Made by a program: the position numbers and the translations under genes. Below are positions 47,914 through 57,009 of a stretch of 64,000 bases of DNA, in pieces. This DNA is from an uncultured delta proteobacterium. Its GTDB lineage: Bacteria > Desulfobacterota > Binatia > Binatales > Binataceae. The notes under the pieces were generated by a model. The model saw nothing but the letters and a program-made list of their open reading frames with translations, made no database searches and had not been told where the DNA came from. Position 1 is the first letter of the stretch, and every line of letters starts with the position of its first letter. The stretch spans positions 137,815 through 201,814 of the forward strand of contig CAWFAJ010000002.1 in the NCBI GenBank assembly GCA_963813785.1. Reading direction: 5' to 3'.

Positions 47914-50121
47914 TTGCGCAGAGCCCGAATCCGCTGCGCCGCCGCACGACTGAACTCGCGCGTGCCGGAGGATAAGCGCATCCCCGCGACCGCCGCCGGC
48001 GAGGTCCCCAGGTCGCGCTCGCTCGCAGGTGCATTCGGCGCGTTCGTCGGCTTTCAGGCATTGTCAATTCTGTTCTATGGCCGGGGGATGATTTCCCGAC
48101 TGGCCGAGGTTCATGCGGGCAATCGGCGCGACCCGCAAATCTTCATCTGGTGTTTTCAATGGTGGCCGCACGCGATTGCGCAGCGCCTTGACGCGTTCCA
48201 TCCGCGGATCATCTGGGCGCCCGAGGGCGTTGACCTTGCGTGGGTCACCAGCGTGCCGCTGCCGAGCCTGATTGCCGCTCCGTTGACGGCGCGCTACGGC
48301 GCGGTGGTCTCCTACAACCTCGCGATTCTGTTGATGCCGGCGCTGGCGGCGCTCACTGCGTTCCTGCTCGTTCGGCGGATCGCGGGCTCGACGTGGCCGG
48401 CGATGCTCGGCGGGTATCTGTTCGGCTTCTCGCCCTACATGATCGGCCATCAAGCTGGCGGCCACCTGGTGTTGACCGCGGTATTTCTGGCGCCGGTGGC
48501 AGTTTATCTCGCGCTTCTAAGGTTGGAAGAAAAAATCACGCGGCCGTGGTTCGTGATCGCGCTTGCGACGGCGCTCATCTGCCAGTTCCTGATCAGTCTG
48601 GAAATTTTTGCGACGATCGTGATGTTCGGCGCAGTCGCGCTAATCGTCGCATGGCTCACGATTCCCGCGATATCCGCGCGCATCCGCGACCTCGCGATAC
48701 TTTCCGCGATGGCGCTCGGCGCGTCGGTCGTGGCGCTGACGCCTTACTTGTATCGGGTCGTCGTCGCGAGCGGCCTTTCATCGCATCCGCTCTGGAACAC
48801 GACTCCGTTCGGCACCGATTTGCTCGAGATAGTCATCCCGACAAGCACTCTGATGCTGGGGCATCTGCCGCCGATCCAGGCGATCTCAAGCCGCTACTCG
48901 CACAACCTGATCGAGAACGGCGCGTACCTGGGCCTGCCGCTGGTCATCATTGTGGTGTTGTTCCTCAAATCGCGATGGAAGCGGCCTGAGGCGCGCTTTG
49001 TGGCGATCATGCTCGCGACGCTTTATGTCGCATCGTTGGGCGCGCGGCTTCACCTCGCGGGCTACATGTTGTTCGGGATGCCGTGGAAGCTGCTGACGCG
49101 CGTGCCGCTCATCAACAGCGCCTTTCCGGCTCGCTTCTCGATGTATATCTTTCTGATCGTTGCCGTGGTCGCGCCGCTCTGGATCGCGGAACTGCGCGCG
49201 AGCGCCGCCGTAAAAACCGCGATCGTCGCCGCGGTGGTGTTGTTCATGCTTCCCAATCTGAACGCCGGGCGATTTGTGTATGAGCTCGACACCCCCGACT
49301 TCTTCAGGTCCGGCTCCTACCGCAAATATCTCACCCCGGGCGAGACAATCCTGGCGCTGCCGTTCGGCGAGATGGGCAGCTCGATGTACTGGCAGGCGGC
49401 GGCGAAGATGTATTTCGGGATCGCTGAAGGACACTTCGGGCCGACGCCGACGTCGTTTCTTGCGTGGCCGATCGTCGGCGCATTTCTTGACGGCGGCGAA
49501 ATTCCCGATGCGCCCGCGCAGCTCAACGCCTTCATGGCGACGCACGGCGTGACCGCGGTCGTCTTTCGGCAGCAGGATCCGTCGGCGGCGGCGTGGCGCG
49601 CGATGCTCGAGTCGAGCGGAGCCAAACTTCAGGAGATCGACGACGTGGTGCTCGCGCGTCCCGACCCCGCCGCGCTCGAGCGACTGCGCGGCGCGAGCGC
49701 CATCGAAATGGAATGCCGGCTCGATGACGCTCGCTTCGCGGCGCTGCTGGAAGCGGCGGATCGATATCTCGGCGGCGGCCAGCCCGCCGCTGCCCTTTCT
49801 CCTTTTCGGGCGCAACAAGAGGGCCTGCTGCCGCCCGGATGGGTGCGCAATGACGACGGCGCGTATTCGTCGGAAGGTCTGTGGCTGGCGCCGTGGAACA
49901 AAGGCCGCGTCAGCGTCGGCGTGCGAGCCTCGTACGCATGCGTTCAGCGACTGGTCGCGGATTATGGCGCGGGAGCCGCACAGACGTACTTTCCATATCC
50001 GCGCCCGCTCGAGTCTCACCCGAAAGGCGACCTCTTCCAGCGTAAACTCGTGATGGTCTTTACGCGCGAGGCGCTCGCGCATGCCGCCGCCAGCACCCGC
50101 GTTCGCTCGGGATCGCCGTAG
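47914..50121 (+). CDS. Large polytopic membrane protein with a C-terminal soluble domain (GT-C-like / uncharacterised). Probable true start at 48088 (MISRLAEV, GGGGG RBS).
   Basis: Many TM helices in the first ~400 aa. No confident family. Confidence 0.5.
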   Translation: MRRARIRCAAARLNSRVPEDKRIPATAAGEVPRSRSLAGAFGAFVGFQALSILFYGRGMISRLAEVHAGNRRDPQIFIWCFQWWPHAIAQRLDAFHPRIIWAPEGVDLAWVTSVPLPSLIAAPLTARYGAVVSYNLAILLMPALAALTAFLLVRRIAGSTWPAMLGGYLFGFSPYMIGHQAGGHLVLTAVFLAPVAVYLALLRLEEKITRPWFVIALATALICQFLISLEIFATIVMFGAVALIVAWLTIPAISARIRDLAILSAMALGASVVALTPYLYRVVVASGLSSHPLWNTTPFGTDLLEIVIPTSTLMLGHLPPIQAISSRYSHNLIENGAYLGLPLVIIVVLFLKSRWKRPEARFVAIMLATLYVASLGARLHLAGYMLFGMPWKLLTRVPLINSAFPARFSMYIFLIVAVVAPLWIAELRASAAVKTAIVAAVVLFMLPNLNAGRFVYELDTPDFFRSGSYRKYLTPGETILALPFGEMGSSMYWQAAAKMYFGIAEGHFGPTPTSFLAWPIVGAFLDGGEIPDAPAQLNAFMATHGVTAVVFRQQDPSAAAWRAMLESSGAKLQEIDDVVLARPDPAALERLRGASAIEMECRLDDARFAALLEAADRYLGGGQPAAALSPFRAQQEGLLPPGWVRNDDGAYSSEGLWLAPWNKGRVSVGVRASYACVQRLVADYGAGAAQTYFPYPRPLESHPKGDLFQRKLVMVFTREALAHAAASTRVRSGSP

Positions 50122-50226
50122 ACCACGCACTGGAGGCAATACTCGCTGATGCCGATCGCGTGTTTATGTTCCTGACGGCACGCTCGCAATTTTTGCATTT
50201 CAAGCGAAGTGCACTAAGCTGAAAAT

Positions 50227-50589
50227 ATGAACCGAATATCGACTCTGTTGATCGCAGTTGCGCTTCCCGTCGCTTTCGCTGCTCCAGCGATCGGGCAGGA
50301 AGGAAAAACGCTGGGCACCGTCGTCAACGGTAATACCACGACCACGTTCAAGGCCGCCGACACTCGCGATATCGACACGCAAAAGCTCAAGACCTGGAAC
50401 GCTTTCGCGGAGAAGCATCCGAAGGTCGCAAGCGAGTTCGCCCGCAATTCCGCGCTGATCAATGACGACGCCTATGCGAAGAAGCATCCGCAACTCGGCG
50501 CGTTCTTCTCGGCGCATCCGGATATTCGCGAGGCGATGACGAAGAATCCCGGCAACTACGTTGCGATTCCGCCGCGTCCCGGCGAATAG
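50227..50589 (+). CDS. Small secreted hypothetical protein (120 aa).
   Basis: Signal peptide MNRISTLLIAVALPVAFAAPA. Confidence 0.45.
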   Translation: MNRISTLLIAVALPVAFAAPAIGQEGKTLGTVVNGNTTTTFKAADTRDIDTQKLKTWNAFAEKHPKVASEFARNSALINDDAYAKKHPQLGAFFSAHPDIREAMTKNPGNYVAIPPRPGE

Positions 50590-50866
50590 CCGCGCTCGCT
50601 CCGCAGTCTGATTCGATCGGCCAGCCGCAGGCTGTCAGCCGCAGGCCAGCCGTCATGCGGCGGCACATCGGCGTATCCCGTGCGCCGAAATTCCGCCATC
50701 ACGCGGATGGCGGGGAATTCATAGCCTCCGATGAACGCCCCCCGTTTCTCCGCCAGACGATTTCCCGCCTTCTCAGCCCTGAACTCCCCCAGTCCGCATC
50801 AAACTGGATCAAATGGCATAATCCCGAACCGCGGGCAGTTCACAATCTGACGAAGGCTACGGAAAC
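50577..50866. repeat. Direct repeat of about 285 bp, copy 1 (partner 52951-53229). Contains a strong hairpin CCGCCATCACGCGGATGGCGG.
   Basis: Near-identical text with a few SNPs/indels. The two copies flank the sulfatase gene. Confidence 0.85.
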
Positions 50867-50903
50867 TGGTACATGCTTCGGCAGCAGATTACATCTACAT
50901 ACG

Positions 50904-52811
50904 TTATTCGATTTTATGTTCAACTGACGTGCGAACATGTTGCGCTCGTCGAAAGCTGGCCAAATACTTGTCCTGGAACGAGAGCCAGGCTTCTACCCGC
51001 AAATGATCGCGAGCAAGCATACTGCTGTTTTCAGGCTCTGAACTAAGATCTCGGATTTCTCGAGGATCGTGGGCTGAGTCGTACAATTCATCACCATTAT
51101 TATCGAAGTCGTGGATGTATTTGAAGTTTCCCTCTACAAATCCCAAAGAAAAATCCCCCGACGACGAGAAGAGATACGCGCGTTCGGGCGGGTAGCCGCC
51201 AAGCAGGTTCGTTCCTTGCCAGGATTCCGGCTCGTCGTAGCCCAACAATCCGAGCAGCGTTGGGGCAATGTCGATCTGGCGGCCGATCGACGTAATCCGT
51301 GATTCGTACGGAAATAGATTTGGATTTGCTAAAACTAGAGGTATATGAAGCTCTTCGTCATAGGTCGTAAAGCCATGAACGAGCTGGCCATGTTCGCCAA
51401 ATGCTTCTCCGTGATCGCCGGTGATCACTACGAGAGTACTATCCGCAATGTGCATCTCATTCAGACTGCGCACGAGTTGCGCTATGAACGCGTCAGTGGA
51501 GTGCACCGCGTTTAGGTACCTATTCAGCTGGTGATCGCCGGTATGGTAGTCGTAATCGGAAGTGGAGAGATACGGATGATGGGTGTCCTGTGTCCAAATG
51601 ACCAGAAAAAATGGTTTCTTACCGTCCGCTTTGATCCACTTTTCCACGATTGGCAACAGCGCCGAATCTCTGGAGATCAGCGGATCGTGGTCCCGCAAGA
51701 ACACTTGGCGGAATCCATGGCTTCCGACGAACTCTGACTGGTTGTCAAAGCTTAGCTGCCCCTCGTGCATAAAAGCGGTCCGGTAGCCATGATCGCCTAG
51801 TATATCCGCCAAGCCCGGCACTCCGATATCGGGTGACATTTGCAGAACGTTTAACCGGCCGTGTTCAGGATAAAGCGAGCAGAAAAGACCAGGCATTGCC
51901 GCCGAAGTGTAGGCTTGCGCCGCATAGATATGGTCAAAAACCAAGCCATGACCCGCGAGCTGGACCATCTCCGGGCTGTCCTTGTACGACGCTCCATAGA
52001 GTTGCAAGCGCCCAGCGCCCACCGACTCCATAACGATCATCAGAACGTTCATCGGGCGTTGCGACGACGAAAGTCCCAACTGAGTAACGGCCTGGAAATG
52101 TGACGGAGAAACTCCGGCGACCTTTCTCTGACCTTCCGGAAGAAAATCACTCATATATCCCGCCGGAATGACGTCGTCCACTCTTGGTATCGGCCGATGA
52201 AATAGTGAGGACGCGAACGCCCACTCGGGATTCGCGGAAACGGCCAAACGGTGTACATAGGTAACCCTCCAGAAGTGTGCACCTAGAACGTACAAGCAGA
52301 TAATGAGAGCGACAGCTGGCGAATAAAATCGTTTTCGCATGCGCCGAACGATGTTGGGCGCGAGCCGCCAGAATGATTCCGCGACGATAATCATTATTAT
52401 GACACATGCCGGCACGAGGACTTTTGCTAGAAAAACCGCCCGCGAAACTGACACTTCGATGCCGCGTCCCTGGTCGGCCGCCAGCCAGAGCCCATATGTC
52501 AGAGGGCTGCGGGTCTCGCTATAGATGATTAAATCGACTGCCGTATAGACAGTCGTCAAAATGCAAACGCCCCATCCGGCAATCAGCACGGCAGGCTTCT
52601 CGGGTGAAAGCTTCAAAAGCCCGTAAAAGCACCACGCAAGAACAGACCAAAACGCGACATCTTGATAGATTAAAATAGGCAAGTAGGATCGCAGTGGCGG
52701 CCAATTCAAATCTACGAAACGGGAAATAACTATGACGACAAATAGGCCTATGAAACCGGCGAATAAATGATCCGCCTTGGGCCCCGCCGCCTCCGTTCCT
52801 GCGTGCTCCAT
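50904..52811 (-). CDS. LtaS/MdoB-family sulfatase-like membrane protein (alkaline-phosphatase superfamily; N-terminal 5 TM plus a periplasmic catalytic domain).
   Basis: N-terminal TM helices, then sulfatase-core motifs (MIVMESVGA..., VVITGDHGEAFGEHG). Confidence 0.8.
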   Translation of the reverse strand: MEHAGTEAAGPKADHLFAGFIGLFVVIVISRFVDLNWPPLRSYLPILIYQDVAFWSVLAWCFYGLLKLSPEKPAVLIAGWGVCILTTVYTAVDLIIYSETRSPLTYGLWLAADQGRGIEVSVSRAVFLAKVLVPACVIIMIIVAESFWRLAPNIVRRMRKRFYSPAVALIICLYVLGAHFWRVTYVHRLAVSANPEWAFASSLFHRPIPRVDDVIPAGYMSDFLPEGQRKVAGVSPSHFQAVTQLGLSSSQRPMNVLMIVMESVGAGRLQLYGASYKDSPEMVQLAGHGLVFDHIYAAQAYTSAAMPGLFCSLYPEHGRLNVLQMSPDIGVPGLADILGDHGYRTAFMHEGQLSFDNQSEFVGSHGFRQVFLRDHDPLISRDSALLPIVEKWIKADGKKPFFLVIWTQDTHHPYLSTSDYDYHTGDHQLNRYLNAVHSTDAFIAQLVRSLNEMHIADSTLVVITGDHGEAFGEHGQLVHGFTTYDEELHIPLVLANPNLFPYESRITSIGRQIDIAPTLLGLLGYDEPESWQGTNLLGGYPPERAYLFSSSGDFSLGFVEGNFKYIHDFDNNGDELYDSAHDPREIRDLSSEPENSSMLARDHLRVEAWLSFQDKYLASFRRAQHVRTSVEHKIE

Positions 52812-52950
52812 TGACTGATTTCCCCTCGCGCCAATCTAACGGATTCGTGATGCGGTGGCGAGAATGTCAAGTAGGTATTCGGGGTTGGCCAGCCGGCAGC
52901 GGACAGGGCGGAGGTGGATCAGAAACGCGAACTCGCCGGACGCAGGCGTT

Positions 52951-53229
52951 CCCGCGAATAGCCGCGCTCGCTCCGCAGTCTGATTCGATCGGCCAGCCGC
53001 AGGCTGTCAGCCGCAGGCCATCCGTCGTGCGGCGGCACATTGGCGCATCCCGTGCGCCGAAATTCCGCCATCACGCGGATGGCGGGGAATCCATCGCCTC
53101 CGGTGAACGCCCCCCGTTTCTCCGCCAGACGATTTCCCGCCTTCTCAGCTCTGAACTCCCCCAGTCCGCATCAAACTGGATCAAATGGCATAATCCCGAA
53201 CCGCGGGCAGTTCACAATCTGACGAAGGC
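52951..53229. repeat. Direct repeat of about 285 bp, copy 2.
   Basis: See copy 1. Confidence 0.85.
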
Positions 53230-53286
53230 AGGATTGTTTTCTTACGACGCACCGCGAAATATGGAGATCATTCGGGCAGCGAGCCA

Positions 53287-54480
53287 ATGACCAGTCCTAC
53301 GATTGACCCCAACCGCGACTCCCAGGAGATCGAACTCAGTGTGGTCATTCCTTGTCTGAACGAAGCTGATACCCTGGCCGACTGCGTCAGGACGGCGCAA
53401 TCTGCCATCCGGGAGAATCGTATCGCAGGCGAAGTCATCGTTGCGGACAACGGCAGCGACGACGGATCCGTTGAAATCGCCGTCAAGCTGGGAGCGCGTC
53501 TGGTCCACGTTCCCGCGAAAGGATACGGCAATGCTTTGATGGGAGGTATCGCTGCCGCTCGCGGCAAATTCGTCATCATGGGTGACGCCGACGGCAGCTA
53601 TGATTTTCTGGAAATTCCGCGATTCCTGGGAAAATTGCGCGAAGGATACGACCTGGTGCAGGGATGCCGTCTGCCATCGGGGGGTGGCAAGGTCATGCCC
53701 GGAGCGATGCCGGTTCTGCACCGCTGGATCGGCAATCCGATTTTCTCGCTGATGGCGCAGCGCTGGTTCCATTCTCCGATACAAGACATCTACTGCGGGA
53801 TGCGAGGCTTCACCAAGTCGCATTACGAGCGGCTGGATCAGCGATGCACCGGGATGGAATTCGCAACCGAGATGATCATTAAATCATCCCTGCTCGGCTG
53901 CAAAGCCGCTCAGGTGCCGATCACGCTTCATCCGGACGGTCGGAAGCTGCGCCCGCCGCATCTCAATACTTTCCGCGACGGCTGGCGAACTCTGCGCTTT
54001 TTCCTGCTCTGTACTCCGCGGCGATTGTTCCTCGTGCCTGGGGTAATACTGATCCTGCTCGGCATCCTTGCCTACGGCCTGGCGCTGCCTGGAATGACTC
54101 TGCACGGAGTAAAATTCGATGCTCACACTCTGTTGTTCGGAAGTCTCGCGATGCTGTGTGGCTATCAGTCGGTATTTTTCGCGGTTTTCGCTAAAACTCT
54201 CGCGATCAAAGAAGGCCTGTTACCGTCGGACATGCGGCTCGAGCGCTTTTTCAATACCGTCAACCTTGAAGTAGGTCTCGCAATCGCCGCCGCCGCGATG
54301 ATCTTTGGTCTGGTGCTGCTCGGACTTGCGGTCGAGCAATGGCGAATCGTGAACTATGGTTTGCTTTCCTACGCCCATACGATGCGGCTGGTGGTTCCAG
54401 GCGCTACCCTGGTTGCGCTGGGATTCCAGACTATTCTGTCGGCGTTCATGATCAGCTTTCTCGGCCTCGAGTATCGATGA
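53287..54480 (+). CDS. GT2 polyprenyl-phosphate glycosyltransferase (DPM1/ArnC-like) with C-terminal TM helices.
   Basis: LSVVIPCLNEADTL...VADNGSDDGS...GDADGSYD motifs. Confidence 0.85.
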   Translation: MTSPTIDPNRDSQEIELSVVIPCLNEADTLADCVRTAQSAIRENRIAGEVIVADNGSDDGSVEIAVKLGARLVHVPAKGYGNALMGGIAAARGKFVIMGDADGSYDFLEIPRFLGKLREGYDLVQGCRLPSGGGKVMPGAMPVLHRWIGNPIFSLMAQRWFHSPIQDIYCGMRGFTKSHYERLDQRCTGMEFATEMIIKSSLLGCKAAQVPITLHPDGRKLRPPHLNTFRDGWRTLRFFLLCTPRRLFLVPGVILILLGILAYGLALPGMTLHGVKFDAHTLLFGSLAMLCGYQSVFFAVFAKTLAIKEGLLPSDMRLERFFNTVNLEVGLAIAAAAMIFGLVLLGLAVEQWRIVNYGLLSYAHTMRLVVPGATLVALGFQTILSAFMISFLGLEYR

Positions 54481-54489
54481 ACGGGCTAT

Positions 54490-55203
54490 TCATTCTAACG
54501 GTTTACGGCATAGAAGCTCGTATTGCCCGCCGATCGGCAGCGATGACAAGAGCGGTTCCACAGCGCGCAGCCATCGAAGGAAGTGCGTGAAGATGAAAAG
54601 ACAATCCGTTCTCAGGACTTCGAATCCTGCCGCTCTCACCAGGCGCCGCGATTGGGGTGGGCTCAGGGTAATCGCGTCACGATCGAATGGTATACGGCTC
54701 ATGACGTAGCGAGTCCCCGGGTTCCACGGATTGTTCTCCCATAGCGCGAACAATCCGCCCGGCCGTAGGCAGCGGAATAGGTACTCGACTGCGCCTGCGC
54801 GATCGGGCGGCGGTATGTGATGGAACACGCCGTTACAGAAGACCAGATCGGCCCTGCCCTGAGCTTCATATTCGCCCGCACCATAGAACTGCGCCTTCAG
54901 CGACCCGAATGTGTTCCGGGCGACTTCAAGTGATTTGCCCGAGGTGTCGATTCCCACCACCGAGGCTGCGCCGGCCAGTTCGATCAGGAATGGAACGTTT
55001 GAGCCCGTTCCGCATCCGAACTCGATCGTGCGTCCGGCGGCGAATTGCATGCGATCGAGACATCTTCTAAGCCATTCAACCCGCCGTCGCGCGAAGTAGT
55101 TCCGGTCTTCTCCGGTCGCGGCAAGCCCCTGCGCCAGAGCGCGATCATAGGAAGTTGCGTACTCGTCGAAACCCGAAGCGTCATTGGTGCGGTGATCCGT
55201 CAT
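54490..55203 (-). CDS. Class I SAM-dependent methyltransferase.
   Basis: Motif I IEFGCGTGSN, Rossmann-fold arrangement. Confidence 0.8.
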   Translation of the reverse strand: MTDHRTNDASGFDEYATSYDRALAQGLAATGEDRNYFARRRVEWLRRCLDRMQFAAGRTIEFGCGTGSNVPFLIELAGAASVVGIDTSGKSLEVARNTFGSLKAQFYGAGEYEAQGRADLVFCNGVFHHIPPPDRAGAVEYLFRCLRPGGLFALWENNPWNPGTRYVMSRIPFDRDAITLSPPQSRRLVRAAGFEVLRTDCLFIFTHFLRWLRAVEPLLSSLPIGGQYELLCRKPLE

Positions 55204-55221
55204 TTATCAGCTCGCGACCAT

Positions 55222-57009
55222 TCACCGAGACCGATCGCCATGGCCAGATTCCTCTTTTTCGTAGAGCAAAGCAGCCAGGGTGCTGCCGCTCTCATCGCGC
55301 CGAAAGCGGCCAAACTCACCCGCAACGCGATAGTTCGATTCGATCCAGTCATAGATCTTTTGGTTGTAATCGATTCCGAAATAGTCTGCGCCGAATTCAT
55401 GGCTTTTTCGGGAAGTCAATAATATGTATTCGGGCGCTGCCCGGCTCAGGTCGGAGATATAAATGCCTTCTTGCGAGGGTGATACAAATCCCGGCAGAAG
55501 GTTGTACCACCTGCTCGGCGCTTCGGTACCGGTAAGGGCATACAAGATTGGCGCTTCGGGCAGCACGGCGACCTGCCGGCCGTCGCGCTTCTGCTCGGAC
55601 ATGAAAGCAAGGATCTGCCGCGCGACGTTTGCTTCTTCCGGTTCGAGGCGGATGGCGCCCCAACTCGTCTCGAGCGCGGCCAGGTGCTCGCTTGTCTGCG
55701 GGATGCAGATGAGCGCGAGTATCACGACTTCCGCGGCGAGCAGGTAGTTCACCAGTCCCTGCTGCCGATCAACGGAAAGCGCCGGGGTAGCCGCTTTGAT
55801 GCATCGGGATATCGCAATGACAAAAACCAAAAACAGCGGCATCGCATAGTAGATGCTGTAACCGTACGGGGTGATCGCCTCGAAAACACGAAGCGCAGGG
55901 ACCATGGCAAAGATGCCAAACGCAGTATCGCCCAGACGCCGACGGTCGCTCTTGCTGAGCAGTTCGTAAGTTGAGTACGCGACAAAGGCGCACCCAACGA
56001 AGAACATTCCCTCCGGAAAAACCAGAAGTTCGGCTACTGCTCTCGCCGCCCAAACCAGGAAGCCGAACCGACACGCCACCGCGATCGCAACGATGATCGC
56101 AAGCGCAACGTTACGCGGTCTCCGGCTCGCTTTCGCCAGAAGAAACCACAGCCTGAGACTGACTGCCGCAGACAAAATCAGTAGCAGCATCTGGCGCGGG
56201 ACGAGTTGCCAGTCCAGGTAGTACAAGTGATCGGTGTACGCTTTCCCGGAAGTCCCGGGCAGCCCGACCCAGTTGAAGTCTGTCATGAAAGCGGGCGTCA
56301 GCGTCCAGAAAAACCATCCGTAGATTGCAACCCAGAGCGCCACGCCCGGAGCGCAGGCGGCGATTCCGTGCATCAGCGGGCGGATGGAGCGCCCGCGGAC
56401 GGCCTCCATCACCAGCACGAACGCGAGCATCAGGTAACAGGCCGCGCCGAACTCCGGCTTGCATAGCAGGGCCAGGCTGGCAGCGAGCCCTGCCAGCAAC
56501 AAGTTGTATCCCCATCGACCGAAGAGGTGCCCGAGGGTGAACAACGCGCAGATCAGGCTAAGCGCCAAGCCGATCGTGGCGGCATAAGAATAGGGAAATA
56601 CGTAATTCGCAAACCCGGGCGCAAAACCCGCGGACAAAAGCGCCAGTGCTGCCGTCAGGCCGACAGCGCTCCCCTCGAGCATCGCGCCGAGCTCGAACAA
56701 CAGCATCGCACAGCCGATCGCTACGGTGATTCCGAACAGATAAAAGACCACGAGATGCGGTCCGAAGATCGCTATCAGCAATGCGCCTACGTAAGGAGCC
56801 AGCGGACCATAGGGGTACCAAATATCGCGATACAGCAACTTCCCGCGGATGATTTCGCTGGGTACGTAGAGTTCGCGACCGCAGTCAACCTGGAAGTCTC
56901 CCCAACGACCCCAGGTGTACCAGGCGAGTACGATCGCTACGACGAGGATAAGTCCACGCGACGCCGCGTCCTCCCAGCCGCCAAACTGAGAACGCAGGCG
57001 CGCAGTCAA
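55222..57009 (-). CDS. GT-C membrane glycosyltransferase (ArnT/PMT family 39-like).
   Basis: 595-aa polytopic protein with an ArnT-like N-terminal region. Confidence 0.7.
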   Translation of the reverse strand: MTARLRSQFGGWEDAASRGLILVVAIVLAWYTWGRWGDFQVDCGRELYVPSEIIRGKLLYRDIWYPYGPLAPYVGALLIAIFGPHLVVFYLFGITVAIGCAMLLFELGAMLEGSAVGLTAALALLSAGFAPGFANYVFPYSYAATIGLALSLICALFTLGHLFGRWGYNLLLAGLAASLALLCKPEFGAACYLMLAFVLVMEAVRGRSIRPLMHGIAACAPGVALWVAIYGWFFWTLTPAFMTDFNWVGLPGTSGKAYTDHLYYLDWQLVPRQMLLLILSAAVSLRLWFLLAKASRRPRNVALAIIVAIAVACRFGFLVWAARAVAELLVFPEGMFFVGCAFVAYSTYELLSKSDRRRLGDTAFGIFAMVPALRVFEAITPYGYSIYYAMPLFLVFVIAISRCIKAATPALSVDRQQGLVNYLLAAEVVILALICIPQTSEHLAALETSWGAIRLEPEEANVARQILAFMSEQKRDGRQVAVLPEAPILYALTGTEAPSRWYNLLPGFVSPSQEGIYISDLSRAAPEYILLTSRKSHEFGADYFGIDYNQKIYDWIESNYRVAGEFGRFRRDESGSTLAALLYEKEESGHGDRSR

